NCBI GenBank assembly: GCA_003250355.1
Contig: QKGS01000040.1
Location: 70,762 to 134,761, forward strand
Length of the DNA stretch: 64,000 nucleotides
Source of the DNA: Bacteroidota bacterium
GTDB lineage: Bacteria; Bacteroidota; Bacteroidia; Bacteroidales; SZUA-534
Direction of reading: 5' to 3'
How positions within the stretch are numbered: position 1 is the stretch's first letter; every line of letters begins with the position of its first letter. Below, in pieces: positions 21,135 to 29,125 of this stretch. The notes below the pieces were generated by a model that was given only the letters and a program-made list of their open reading frames with translations, was not told the DNA's origin and ran no database searches. The position numbers and the translations under genes were made by a program.

Positions 21135-22889
21135 TTATTGTTTTGCCTTTAGCTGAATATTCAACTCGTCGAGTTGCTCTTTTGCTATAAACGAAGGTGA
21201 ATCAATCATTACATCGCGACCCGAATTATTTTTAGGGAATGCAATAGTATCGCGAATAGAATCAAATCCGGCAAATAATGAAACCAGGCGGTCAAAACCA
21301 AAAGCCACACCACCGTGAGGAGGTGCACCGTATTTGAAAGCATTCATTAAAAACCCGAACTGGTCGTTGGCCTCCTCTTTGCTGAATCCCAGAGTGTCGA
21401 ACATTTTCGATTGTATATCCTTATCGTGAATACGAATAGAACCGCCCCCTATTTCAACACCATTAATTACCAAATCGTATGCGTTTGCTTTCATTCGGCC
21501 CGGTTCAGAATCAAAGTAGTGAAGGTCATCAGGCTTAGGCGACGTAAATGGGTGATGCATAGCAAAAAAACGCTTACTATCTTCGTTCCACTCCAATAGT
21601 GGAAAATCAACAACCCATAACGGCGCAAATGTATTCCTATTCATTAACCCCAATTGCTTGCCCATTTCCAACCGAAGCTCACAGAGCGCACTTTGAGTTT
21701 TCTTTTTATTGCCGGCAAGTATCAGCATTAAATCACCGGGTTCAGCATTCATTACCTCAGCCCATTGTTTTAAAGCATCAGCATCGAAAAATTTATCAAC
21801 CGACGATTTTAAAGTTCCGTCCTCATTGTATTTACAATACACCAAACCCTGAGCCCCTATTTGAGGTTTTTTCACAAAATCGGTTAATGCATCGAGTTGT
21901 TTGCGCGTATATTCAGAGCATCCTTTGGCTGTTATACCTGCTACATATTCGGCACTGTCAAAAACCACAAAGCCCGAGTTTGCAACTGTTTTAGTCAGCT
22001 CTACAAATTTCATGTCAAAGCGAATGTCGGGTTTGTCGCTTCCATACAGCTCCATGGCAGTATCGTAAGGCATTTTTTGAAAATCTCCTTCAAATTCAAA
22101 TCCCTTAACTTCTTTAAATAAATATTTTGTCAGACCTTCAAATACATTTAAAATATCGTCACGCTCTACAAATGCCATTTCGCAGTCTATTTGTGTAAAT
22201 TCAGGCTGGCGATCGGCTCTTAAATCTTCATCGCGAAAGCATTTTACTATTTGAAAATACTTGTCGTACCCGGCTACCATAAGCAATTGCTTAAATGTTT
22301 GCGGCGATTGTGGAAGCGCATAAAACTGGTTCTCATTCATTCGCGAAGGAACCACAAAGTCGCGCGCCCCTTCAGGAGTCGATTTTATAAGGTATGGAGT
22401 CTCTATTTCATAAAATCCCTGCTTGTGCAAATAGTTACGAATAGCTATACCCATATCGTGGCGAAGCTTTAATGATTTTTGAAGCGGACTTCTTCTTAAA
22501 TCCAAATAGCGATATTTCATTCTTAACTCATCGCCACCATCGGTTTCATCTTCAATTGTAAACGGAGGTGTTTCCGATTCATTCAATACAATCAGTTGTT
22601 TTACTAGTATTTCTATTTCACCGGTAGGTATATTTTTATTCTTGCTTTCGCGCTCTATAACATCGCCAACAATGTTTATTACGTATTCTCTACCTAAATT
22701 AGCCGCATTTTCAGCTAACTGAGCATTTTTAGAGTCGTCAAAAACCAATTGGGTAATTCCGTATCTGTCGCGAATGTCAACAAATGTCATTCCTCCCAGT
22801 TCACGGGTTTTTTGAACCCAACCGCTCAGTTTTACCTCTGTTCCTATATTTTCGGCTCTTAACTCGCCACAAGTATGAGTACGGTACAT
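21135..22889 (-). CDS. aspS: aspartate--tRNA ligase
   Basis: 584 aa. [14 protein letters not shown]...R..GG..F.D.RDRYG N-terminus, class II motifs ([24 protein letters not shown]) and a bacterial-type insertion domain. Confidence 0.95.
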   Translation of the reverse strand: MYRTHTCGELRAENIGTEVKLSGWVQKTRELGGMTFVDIRDRYGITQLVFDDSKNAQLAENAANLGREYVINIVGDVIERESKNKNIPTGEIEILVKQLIVLNESETPPFTIEDETDGGDELRMKYRYLDLRRSPLQKSLKLRHDMGIAIRNYLHKQGFYEIETPYLIKSTPEGARDFVVPSRMNENQFYALPQSPQTFKQLLMVAGYDKYFQIVKCFRDEDLRADRQPEFTQIDCEMAFVERDDILNVFEGLTKYLFKEVKGFEFEGDFQKMPYDTAMELYGSDKPDIRFDMKFVELTKTVANSGFVVFDSAEYVAGITAKGCSEYTRKQLDALTDFVKKPQIGAQGLVYCKYNEDGTLKSSVDKFFDADALKQWAEVMNAEPGDLMLILAGNKKKTQSALCELRLEMGKQLGLMNRNTFAPLWVVDFPLLEWNEDSKRFFAMHHPFTSPKPDDLHYFDSEPGRMKANAYDLVINGVEIGGGSIRIHDKDIQSKMFDTLGFSKEEANDQFGFLMNAFKYGAPPHGGVAFGFDRLVSLFAGFDSIRDTIAFPKNNSGRDVMIDSPSFIAKEQLDELNIQLKAKQ

Positions 22890-22971
22890 AATTATTGAAT
22901 ATTTTTATTTGTAATCTTATTTATTATGCAATGAATAATGAATTAATCCACAATTCTGTATTTCTAGTCAA

Positions 22972-24168
22972 TTAAACTCTTCCCGGATATACTTCCAATG
23001 CTTTCTCAAGTGTTTCCATAGCTTTTTTCAAATCTTCTATTTTCAGAACATAAGCTATACGCACCTCATTTAACCCCTTGTCGGGTGATGAATAAAAACC
23101 GTTGGCAGGAGCCATCATTACTGTTTGGTTGTTATATTCAAACTCACTCAGTATCCATTTGCAAAATTTCTCGCTGTTATCGACCGGTAATTTTACAATA
23201 GAATAAAAAGCACCCTTAGGCATAGGGCATACTACACCTTTCATTTTATTAAGAGCAGCAACCATATAGTTCCTGCGCTCAATATATTCGTGGTACACCT
23301 CGTCGAAGTACGATTGTGGCACATCGAGCGATGCTTCGCCGGCTATTTGTCCCAAACTTGGCGGACTAAGTCTAGCTTGGGCAAATTTCATGCAGGTATC
23401 TATAAAATTTTTGTTTTTACAAACCAATGCACCTATACGAAGTCCGCACGAACTATAACGTTTTGAAACAGAATCGACCATAATTACATTCTGCGACAAT
23501 CCTTCAAGATTCATTGCCGAATAATGTTTCAATCCATCATAACAAAACTCACGATATACTTCATCGGAATATAGGTACAAGTCGTGCTTTTTAATTAGTT
23601 CACCAAGCTTTTCCAGCTCGTCTTTGGTATATAAATAACCGGTAGGATTATTAGGGTTACATATTAAAATACCTTTGGTTCTGTCGTTTATTAGCTTTTC
23701 AAACTCCTCTATTGCAGGTAAAGCAAAGCCATTTTCAATTTTAGCAATAATAGGTACAAGCTTAGCACCTGCCATTATTGAATACGAATTGTAATTGGCA
23801 TAAAATGGTTCAGTAATTATAACCTCGTCGCCGGGATTTAATGTTGCTAAAAATGAAAATAAAATAGCTTCTGAACCTCCGGTAGTAATCATTATTTCAT
23901 CGGGGGTTACATTAATACCAATTTTTTGGTAGTGTAACGCTATTTTATTCCGATACGATTGATTTCCCGCCGAATGAGAATACTCAATAATTTTATTGGG
24001 CAGGTTCTTAACCGCCTGCAATGCCACATCGGGGGTTTTAATATCGGGCTGTCCAATATTTAAGTGAAATACTTTTCGCCCCTTTCTTACTGCTTCTTCT
24101 GCATAAGGTACCAATTTTCTAATTGGCGACGAAGGCATAATTCTTCCTTTATCCGAAATTTGTGGCAT
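22972..24168 (-). CDS. PLP-dependent class I/II aminotransferase (aspartate-aminotransferase-like; substrate not determinable)
   Basis: 398 aa. SPIRKLVPYAEEA...NIGQPDIKTP, NPNNPTG, and the PLP-lysine motif SVSKRYS. Confidence 0.85.
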   Translation of the reverse strand: MPQISDKGRIMPSSPIRKLVPYAEEAVRKGRKVFHLNIGQPDIKTPDVALQAVKNLPNKIIEYSHSAGNQSYRNKIALHYQKIGINVTPDEIMITTGGSEAILFSFLATLNPGDEVIITEPFYANYNSYSIMAGAKLVPIIAKIENGFALPAIEEFEKLINDRTKGILICNPNNPTGYLYTKDELEKLGELIKKHDLYLYSDEVYREFCYDGLKHYSAMNLEGLSQNVIMVDSVSKRYSSCGLRIGALVCKNKNFIDTCMKFAQARLSPPSLGQIAGEASLDVPQSYFDEVYHEYIERRNYMVAALNKMKGVVCPMPKGAFYSIVKLPVDNSEKFCKWILSEFEYNNQTVMMAPANGFYSSPDKGLNEVRIAYVLKIEDLKKAMETLEKALEVYPGRV

Positions 24169-24256
24169 AATTAAAATAATTTAAAAAATTTACTCCTGTT
24201 TTTGTTTATTAACTTTCTCATTTTAAGATAAACACAACATTTTTTGAAGTAGCCCG

Positions 24257-24264
24257 CAAAAATA
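24257..24264 (-). promoter_or_regulatory. -7 promoter box TATTTTTG upstream of the aminotransferase gene
   Basis: Exact TAnnTTTG match on the minus strand, about 90 nt upstream of the ATG at 24168 and downstream of the 24324-24348 terminator. Confidence 0.4.
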
Positions 24265-24313
24265 TGATATTATCTTAAATAATAGTCACTTTAACTGTTT
24301 TTTTACTTTCTGC

Positions 24314-24348
24314 AAAATAAAAAGGGTTGCAACACCCGGTTGCAACCC
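24314..24348 (-). terminator. strong intrinsic terminator
   Basis: On the minus strand: GGGTTGCAAC (24348-24339), loop CGGGT, GTTGCAACCC (24333-24324), then TTTTTATTTT. A perfect 10-bp GC-rich stem. Confidence 0.85.
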
Positions 24349-24376
24349 TTTTTATTTCTTATATATTAAATAAAAA

Positions 24377-24475
24377 CTACCGGTTGCTAACCATACGCAC
24401 CAAGGCGGCCGCACTAAGTGCCGCATATGCTGCATGAGCATTGTAAACCGATATTTTTATTTTATAACTGTTCAT
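24377..24475 (-). CDS. candidate 32-codon alanine-rich mini-ORF (leader peptide or small protein; unverified)
   Basis: ATG...TAG encodes MNSYKIKISVYNAHAAYAALSAAALVRMVSNR. Eight GCN codons fall among codons 13-24. It forms a GC-rich pocket in AT-rich intergenic DNA, with a -7 box upstream and a terminator downstream. It is below the size cut-off of the ORF track. Confidence 0.35.
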   Translation of the reverse strand: MNSYKIKISVYNAHAAYAALSAAALVRMVSNR

Positions 24476-24485
24476 TTTTGTGCTG

Positions 24486-24493
24486 CAAATATA
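24486..24493 (-). promoter_or_regulatory. -7 promoter box TATATTTG immediately upstream of the mini-ORF
   Basis: Exact TAnnTTTG match on the minus strand. It sits 1 nt after the stop codon of the VOC gene and 10 nt before the mini-ORF ATG. Confidence 0.4.
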
Positions 24494-24494
24494 A

Positions 24495-25559
24495 TTAATT
24501 TTTTACACGCATAAGTTCAAACATTGAAAACATCCAACCGGGAAGAGGTTTTTCTCCTCGCTTACGCAAATCGAGATACCAACCCAGTTTTTTCATTAAT
24601 GGTATTTTATGTGTTTCAACAAATTCAATAAGTGTCCCTTCGGGAGCCTGAATATATGAAAAATTACCGGCTGCTTCACCCATATCGAAAGAGTCGTGAG
24701 CTTTTGCGCTATCAACAGTAAACGGGAATCCTTTTGTTTTTACCTCTTCGCGTAATTCGTCCATTCCGTTTATGTCGAAACACAAATGAATAAACCCGGG
24801 GTCGCCCCAAATCCGTTCTTCGAAAATATCTCTTGCTTCACGGTCAAGTACCTGTACAAGTTCAATTTGGGTAGGCCCCAATAGCGGGCTGAACGACCCT
24901 TTATATGTTTTTGAATGCTTTAATAGTACACGACGATATTCATTGTCGCAACCCGGAACTCCAACCCAGTCTGAAAATTTCCCCGTTTCATCGTAAACAA
25001 TAGTGTCGTATCCCAGTATATCATTATATACTTTCATGCTTTCGTTAATATTTTTGGTTCCAATAATTGCACCATAAATACCGCCATTTACAAGTCCTTT
25101 ATCTTTATATACAAATGGTTCATTCACTACATCCCATATATTACCAAAGGTGTCTTTTACATAAAAATGCTCATTCCCGGCAGGGTCTTTGGCTATTTCA
25201 GTAAGTATTTCAATATCTTTTTTCTGATAATCGGCATAGGTTTTATGTAAATTGCCCGACTTAAGTTTGCCAATACAAATACCAAGGTCGCCTATCTGTA
25301 TTTCAAATTTTGGTTTTTCCGGTTTCTTTGCTGTATGTTGCCATATTTCAAAACCTCCGCCTCCTTGCATATTTAGGGCAAGTATAGCATGGCGTTCACG
25401 TGTTTGCCCTGCTGTATGTGGTAACATTAGCTCCGCCACAGCAGCCTCTTCAAACATTTTAACATCCATGCCGAAGTTCTTTCTGTACCATTCGAAACCC
25501 TCTTTAACATTGGTTACACCAACGCCCAACTGTTGTATTCCGTTTATTCTCTTTGCCAT
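24495..25559 (-). CDS. VOC (glyoxalase/bleomycin-resistance/dioxygenase) superfamily protein
   Basis: 354 aa. N-terminal INGIQQLGVGVTNVKEGFEWYRKNFGM and a second repeat look like tandem VOC modules. Family-level call only. Confidence 0.6.
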   Translation of the reverse strand: MAKRINGIQQLGVGVTNVKEGFEWYRKNFGMDVKMFEEAAVAELMLPHTAGQTRERHAILALNMQGGGGFEIWQHTAKKPEKPKFEIQIGDLGICIGKLKSGNLHKTYADYQKKDIEILTEIAKDPAGNEHFYVKDTFGNIWDVVNEPFVYKDKGLVNGGIYGAIIGTKNINESMKVYNDILGYDTIVYDETGKFSDWVGVPGCDNEYRRVLLKHSKTYKGSFSPLLGPTQIELVQVLDREARDIFEERIWGDPGFIHLCFDINGMDELREEVKTKGFPFTVDSAKAHDSFDMGEAAGNFSYIQAPEGTLIEFVETHKIPLMKKLGWYLDLRKRGEKPLPGWMFSMFELMRVKN

Positions 25560-25903
25560 TATATAATTGATATTTTTTAGTTTTTTTGGTTACTGCCACC
25601 GTTTTTTATGAAACACTAAACTGATTTTATATTAATATTCAAAAATGCAAATTTATATAAATTAGAAAAACAATGATTTTTTATCATAAATATTTACTCT
25701 CCAAATTATGTTAATCTATTTTTTATTGAAAAAAATAATAGCCATAACCTTTGTTATTTCAAACAATTCCGACAATAATGAATTGTTTAATAGAATAAAT
25801 AATAGTGTGTTTATAATATTCTATCGAAAATAAGTTGTTATTTTGCGCCCGTTTTTGTTAAAAAATGGCAACAAAAACATTATGTTGAACTAATAAACTG
25901 TTT

Positions 25904-27196
25904 ATGGTAAGATATTGGATTACAGGAATTTTAATTAGTGCGGTAACATTCCTTACATTGGTTATGTGCGACGGTACTCATAAAACAACTGATTCTAATG
26001 AAGGGGAAGGAGCTATACATGAGATAGCAGATAGTTTGCCGGCAATAAATATTGAATACGGGCTTCTGATTGATTCTTTTGCAGTAGAAACTGCTACAAT
26101 TAGGAGAAATGAATTGCTTTCAAATATTTTAAATAATGAAAGCATTAGTGCCGCAACTATTGATAAAATATCGAAAATGGATTCAATTTTTGATGTTAGA
26201 AAAATGCGTTCGGGTCATGTTTATAAATTATTGAAAAGCAGGGACAGTATTTCGGCACTTGAGTATTTTATATATGAGCATACCTTAACCGATTATGTTC
26301 TTATTCAGTTTAAAGACTCACTAAGCATGACCGTGGGAACAAAACCGGTAGCAATAGTAAAAAAACTGGCATCGGGTGAAATAGAATCAAATCTATGGGA
26401 CGCTATGGTAAAGAATGGCATAAACCCAATGATGTCGATAGAGCTATCGGAAATATATGCCTGGAGTATCGACTTTTTTGGACTTCAGAAAGGAGACCAG
26501 TTTCATGTAATATACGATGAAAAATATTTGAGCGATACTGTATCGGCAGGTATTGAAAAAATATATGCTGCATTGTTTAATCATCAGAATAAAGATTTTT
26601 ATGCAGTTTATTTTGTGCAAGATGAAACAGAAAGTTATTTCGATGAAGAAGGGAACAGTTTAAGGCGAGAGTTTCTGAAAGCACCATTAAAATATAGTCG
26701 CATAAGTTCAAAATTTTCAAAAGCTAGATTCCATCCGGTTTTAAAAATATATCGTCCTCACTCAGGCATCGATTATGCTGCTCCGGAAGGAACACCTGTT
26801 TACAGCGTTGGCGATGGTATTGTTATTAAAAAAGGATTCCAGGCTAATGGTGCCGGCAAGTTTATTAAAATAAAGCACAACAGCGTTTATACAACACAAT
26901 ATGCTCACTTATCGCGTTTTGAAAAAGGGATAAAGCAAGGTTCGCATATTAAACAGGGCGAATTAATTGGTTATGTTGGAAGTACCGGTTACTCAACCGG
27001 ACCTCACCTCGATTTCCGTTTTTTTAAAAATGGCGAACCTGTTGACCCATTAAAAGTAGATGCTCCTCCGGTTGAACCTATTAAGAAAATAAACAAGGAA
27101 GAATACGAACGTATTAAAAATGAATTTGTGAGACAACTTGACGAACAACGAGTTAAGTATATCAATTCAAAAGAGACAACAATTAAAGCAAATTAA
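25904..27196 (+). CDS. M23 family peptidoglycan metalloendopeptidase
   Basis: N-terminal membrane anchor. C-terminal LytM domain with HSGIDYAAPEGTPV (HxxxD) and GSTGYSTGPHLDFRF. Confidence 0.88.
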   Translation: MVRYWITGILISAVTFLTLVMCDGTHKTTDSNEGEGAIHEIADSLPAINIEYGLLIDSFAVETATIRRNELLSNILNNESISAATIDKISKMDSIFDVRKMRSGHVYKLLKSRDSISALEYFIYEHTLTDYVLIQFKDSLSMTVGTKPVAIVKKLASGEIESNLWDAMVKNGINPMMSIELSEIYAWSIDFFGLQKGDQFHVIYDEKYLSDTVSAGIEKIYAALFNHQNKDFYAVYFVQDETESYFDEEGNSLRREFLKAPLKYSRISSKFSKARFHPVLKIYRPHSGIDYAAPEGTPVYSVGDGIVIKKGFQANGAGKFIKIKHNSVYTTQYAHLSRFEKGIKQGSHIKQGELIGYVGSTGYSTGPHLDFRFFKNGEPVDPLKVDAPPVEPIKKINKEEYERIKNEFVRQLDEQRVKYINSKETTIKAN

Positions 27197-27309
27197 AATG
27201 CTTTATTCGTAAAAAAATGTTTTATAGTTATTATAAATTTTTTACATTTAATGTTTAACAGTCGATGTAATTAACATTGCATTATCTAGTTCAATGTAAA
27301 AAAAAGGAC

Positions 27310-27317
27310 TACTTTTG
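27310..27317 (+). promoter_or_regulatory. -7 promoter box TACTTTTG upstream of the response regulator gene
   Basis: Exact TAnnTTTG match 23 nt upstream of the ATG at 27340. Confidence 0.45.
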
Positions 27318-27339
27318 CAGTAAGACAAACTGAAAATCT

Positions 27340-27726
27340 ATGTTTAATAATTTTGATTTTAGCGGCAAGAAAATATTAGTTGCAGAAGATGAGAAAACAA
27401 ACTATCTGTTTTTGGAGGCTTTACTTAAACGTACAAGCGCACAACTAATGTGGGCAGAAAATGGCAAAATAGCCATTGAAGCTGTTAAAGAAAACGATGA
27501 TATAGATTTAATACTGATGGATATAAAAATGCCGGAGGTTGATGGATATCAGGCTACTAAAGAGATTAAAGAACTGAAACCAAACCTTCCGATAATTGCG
27601 CAAACTGCATATGCTCTTGCCGGAGAGAAAGAGAAAATACTTGAAGCAGGCTGCGACGATTACCTTTCAAAACCGATAATGGGTAAGCTGCTTTTAGAGA
27701 AAATTGATGCTTATTTGAAGAAATAA
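27340..27726 (+). CDS. stand-alone response regulator receiver protein (CheY-like)
   Basis: 128 aa consisting of a REC domain only: VAEDE, phospho-acceptor context LILMDIKMP, QTAYA, and KP near the C-terminus. Confidence 0.88.
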   Translation: MFNNFDFSGKKILVAEDEKTNYLFLEALLKRTSAQLMWAENGKIAIEAVKENDDIDLILMDIKMPEVDGYQATKEIKELKPNLPIIAQTAYALAGEKEKILEAGCDDYLSKPIMGKLLLEKIDAYLKK

Positions 27727-27788
27727 TTTTTTCTACGTGTTTTGTAATACCTCATTTTAGCGTGTTATTTATTCGTTTTGTAATACAT

Positions 27789-28298
27789 TCATTCAATTAG
27801 AATAAATCGCCAAGGTTTATTTTTCCATATCTCGCCTGCATAATCAATTCCTACACGAACATCGGTTCTAAATTTTACTTTTTTTACAGAATCATCAATC
27901 CACAAGCTTTCATTCATTGTTATTAATTGCTTATTGAATTCATTTGTAATGCTTAAAGCTTTTGTTAGTTTACCGGGGCCATTATAGTTTTCAATACCAC
28001 GTATTAAAACTGCCTGAGGGTTCTCCTTTTTCGATGTAACAACATTTAGCATATAGTACATACCATAAATAAGGTAAACATAAATATATCCTCCTTCCCA
28101 ATACATCACTTCGGTTCGCGGAGTTCGTCCTTTACTGGCATGACAAGCCAAATCATCTTCGCCTTTATATGCTTCGGTTTCGGTTATTGTATATGAATAT
28201 ATAGTTCCATCAGCGAGTTTGCGAACCAGTTTTTTGCCCAACAGGTCAGGTGCTACTTCCAATACATCGCGTTGAAAGAATGATTGTGATAGTTTCAT
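27789..28298 (-). CDS. mpg: DNA-3-methyladenine glycosylase (AAG/MPG family)
   Basis: 169 aa. FFQRDVLEVAPDLLGKKL, ITETEAYKGEDDLACHASKGRTPRTEVM and YVYLIYGMYYMLNVV are typical of the Mpg family. Confidence 0.88.
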   Translation of the reverse strand: MKLSQSFFQRDVLEVAPDLLGKKLVRKLADGTIYSYTITETEAYKGEDDLACHASKGRTPRTEVMYWEGGYIYVYLIYGMYYMLNVVTSKKENPQAVLIRGIENYNGPGKLTKALSITNEFNKQLITMNESLWIDDSVKKVKFRTDVRVGIDYAGEIWKNKPWRFILIE

Positions 28299-28321
28299 TT
28301 ACGGTTTTTAGATACATTAAT

Positions 28322-28789
28322 TTAATATGTATTTTTATTATCGAGATTGTCCCATGCTTTAAATGCATTAATAGCCTCATTGGGCAATAGTTCAATAAAT
28401 TTTATTCTGCGTTCCGGATGGGGCTTTGCTATCTCATGGTAAATAAATGAATCGTCGAAACCTATGTTATTAGCATCGGCAGCTTTAGAGCCATAGTAAA
28501 CGGTATCGATATGTGCCCAGTAAATAGCACCAAGGCACATAGGACAAGGTTCGCACGATGTGTAAATTACACATCCCGATAAATCGAAAGTTCCTAACGA
28601 TTTGCAAGCTTCTCTTATAGCACTAACTTCAGCATGTGCTGTAGGGTCGTTGTCGCGCACTACACCATTTGCTGCTTCGGCTATTACTAATCCATTTTTA
28701 ACTATTACTGCTCCAAACGGACCTCCTCCAACTTTTACATTTTCTATTGCAAGTTCAATTGCCTTACGCATATATATATTGTGCTCCAT
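28322..28789 (-). CDS. CDA-fold nucleoside/nucleobase deaminase (guanine-deaminase-like)
   Basis: 155 aa. Zinc motifs HAEVSAI and CEPCPMC. Size and layout resemble B. subtilis GuaD-type deaminases. Substrate not determinable. Confidence 0.75.
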   Translation of the reverse strand: MEHNIYMRKAIELAIENVKVGGGPFGAVIVKNGLVIAEAANGVVRDNDPTAHAEVSAIREACKSLGTFDLSGCVIYTSCEPCPMCLGAIYWAHIDTVYYGSKAADANNIGFDDSFIYHEIAKPHPERRIKFIELLPNEAINAFKAWDNLDNKNTY

Positions 28790-28882
28790 AGTAATAGGTG
28801 TTTATTTTATACTTATTTCAAATAAAATAATATAAAAACATTAAGAATCCTTCATTAAACACAAATAATTCAATTTTAATGT

Positions 28883-29107
28883 TTATTTGGGCTTAATACT
28901 TATGGCTTTGCCTGAACATGATTTTACAATTTCAGATACTACCTCAATTTCATCGGGGAATATGGTGCGATACTTATTTGCAATAGTTTCGATATCGAGC
29001 ATATCGGCTTTACCATCGGTTTTATTCATTATCCAAATATGGGGGGCAAGCATTTCACAGACAGCACAGCCGTTACATTTTGCTCTTATATATTCTATTT
29101 TTTTCAT
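28883..29107 (-). CDS. single-cluster ferredoxin (CxxCxxC...C)
   Basis: 74 aa from the ATG at 29107. KCNGCAVCEMLAP...DGKA...SCSGKAISI matches the layout of small [4Fe-4S]/[3Fe-4S] ferredoxins. The track start at 29125 is a TTG. Confidence 0.65.
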   Translation of the reverse strand: MKKIEYIRAKCNGCAVCEMLAPHIWIMNKTDGKADMLDIETIANKYRTIFPDEIEVVSEIVKSCSGKAISIKPK

Positions 29108-29125
29108 TGTTATATTTATTCCCAA

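Noticed and set aside
25851-25878. 9-bp perfect inverted repeat GTTTTTGTT / AACAAAAAC upstream of the M23 peptidase gene
   Set aside because: It is a purely A/T-rich low-complexity palindrome in a very AT-rich spacer. It could be an operator, but there is no supporting context.
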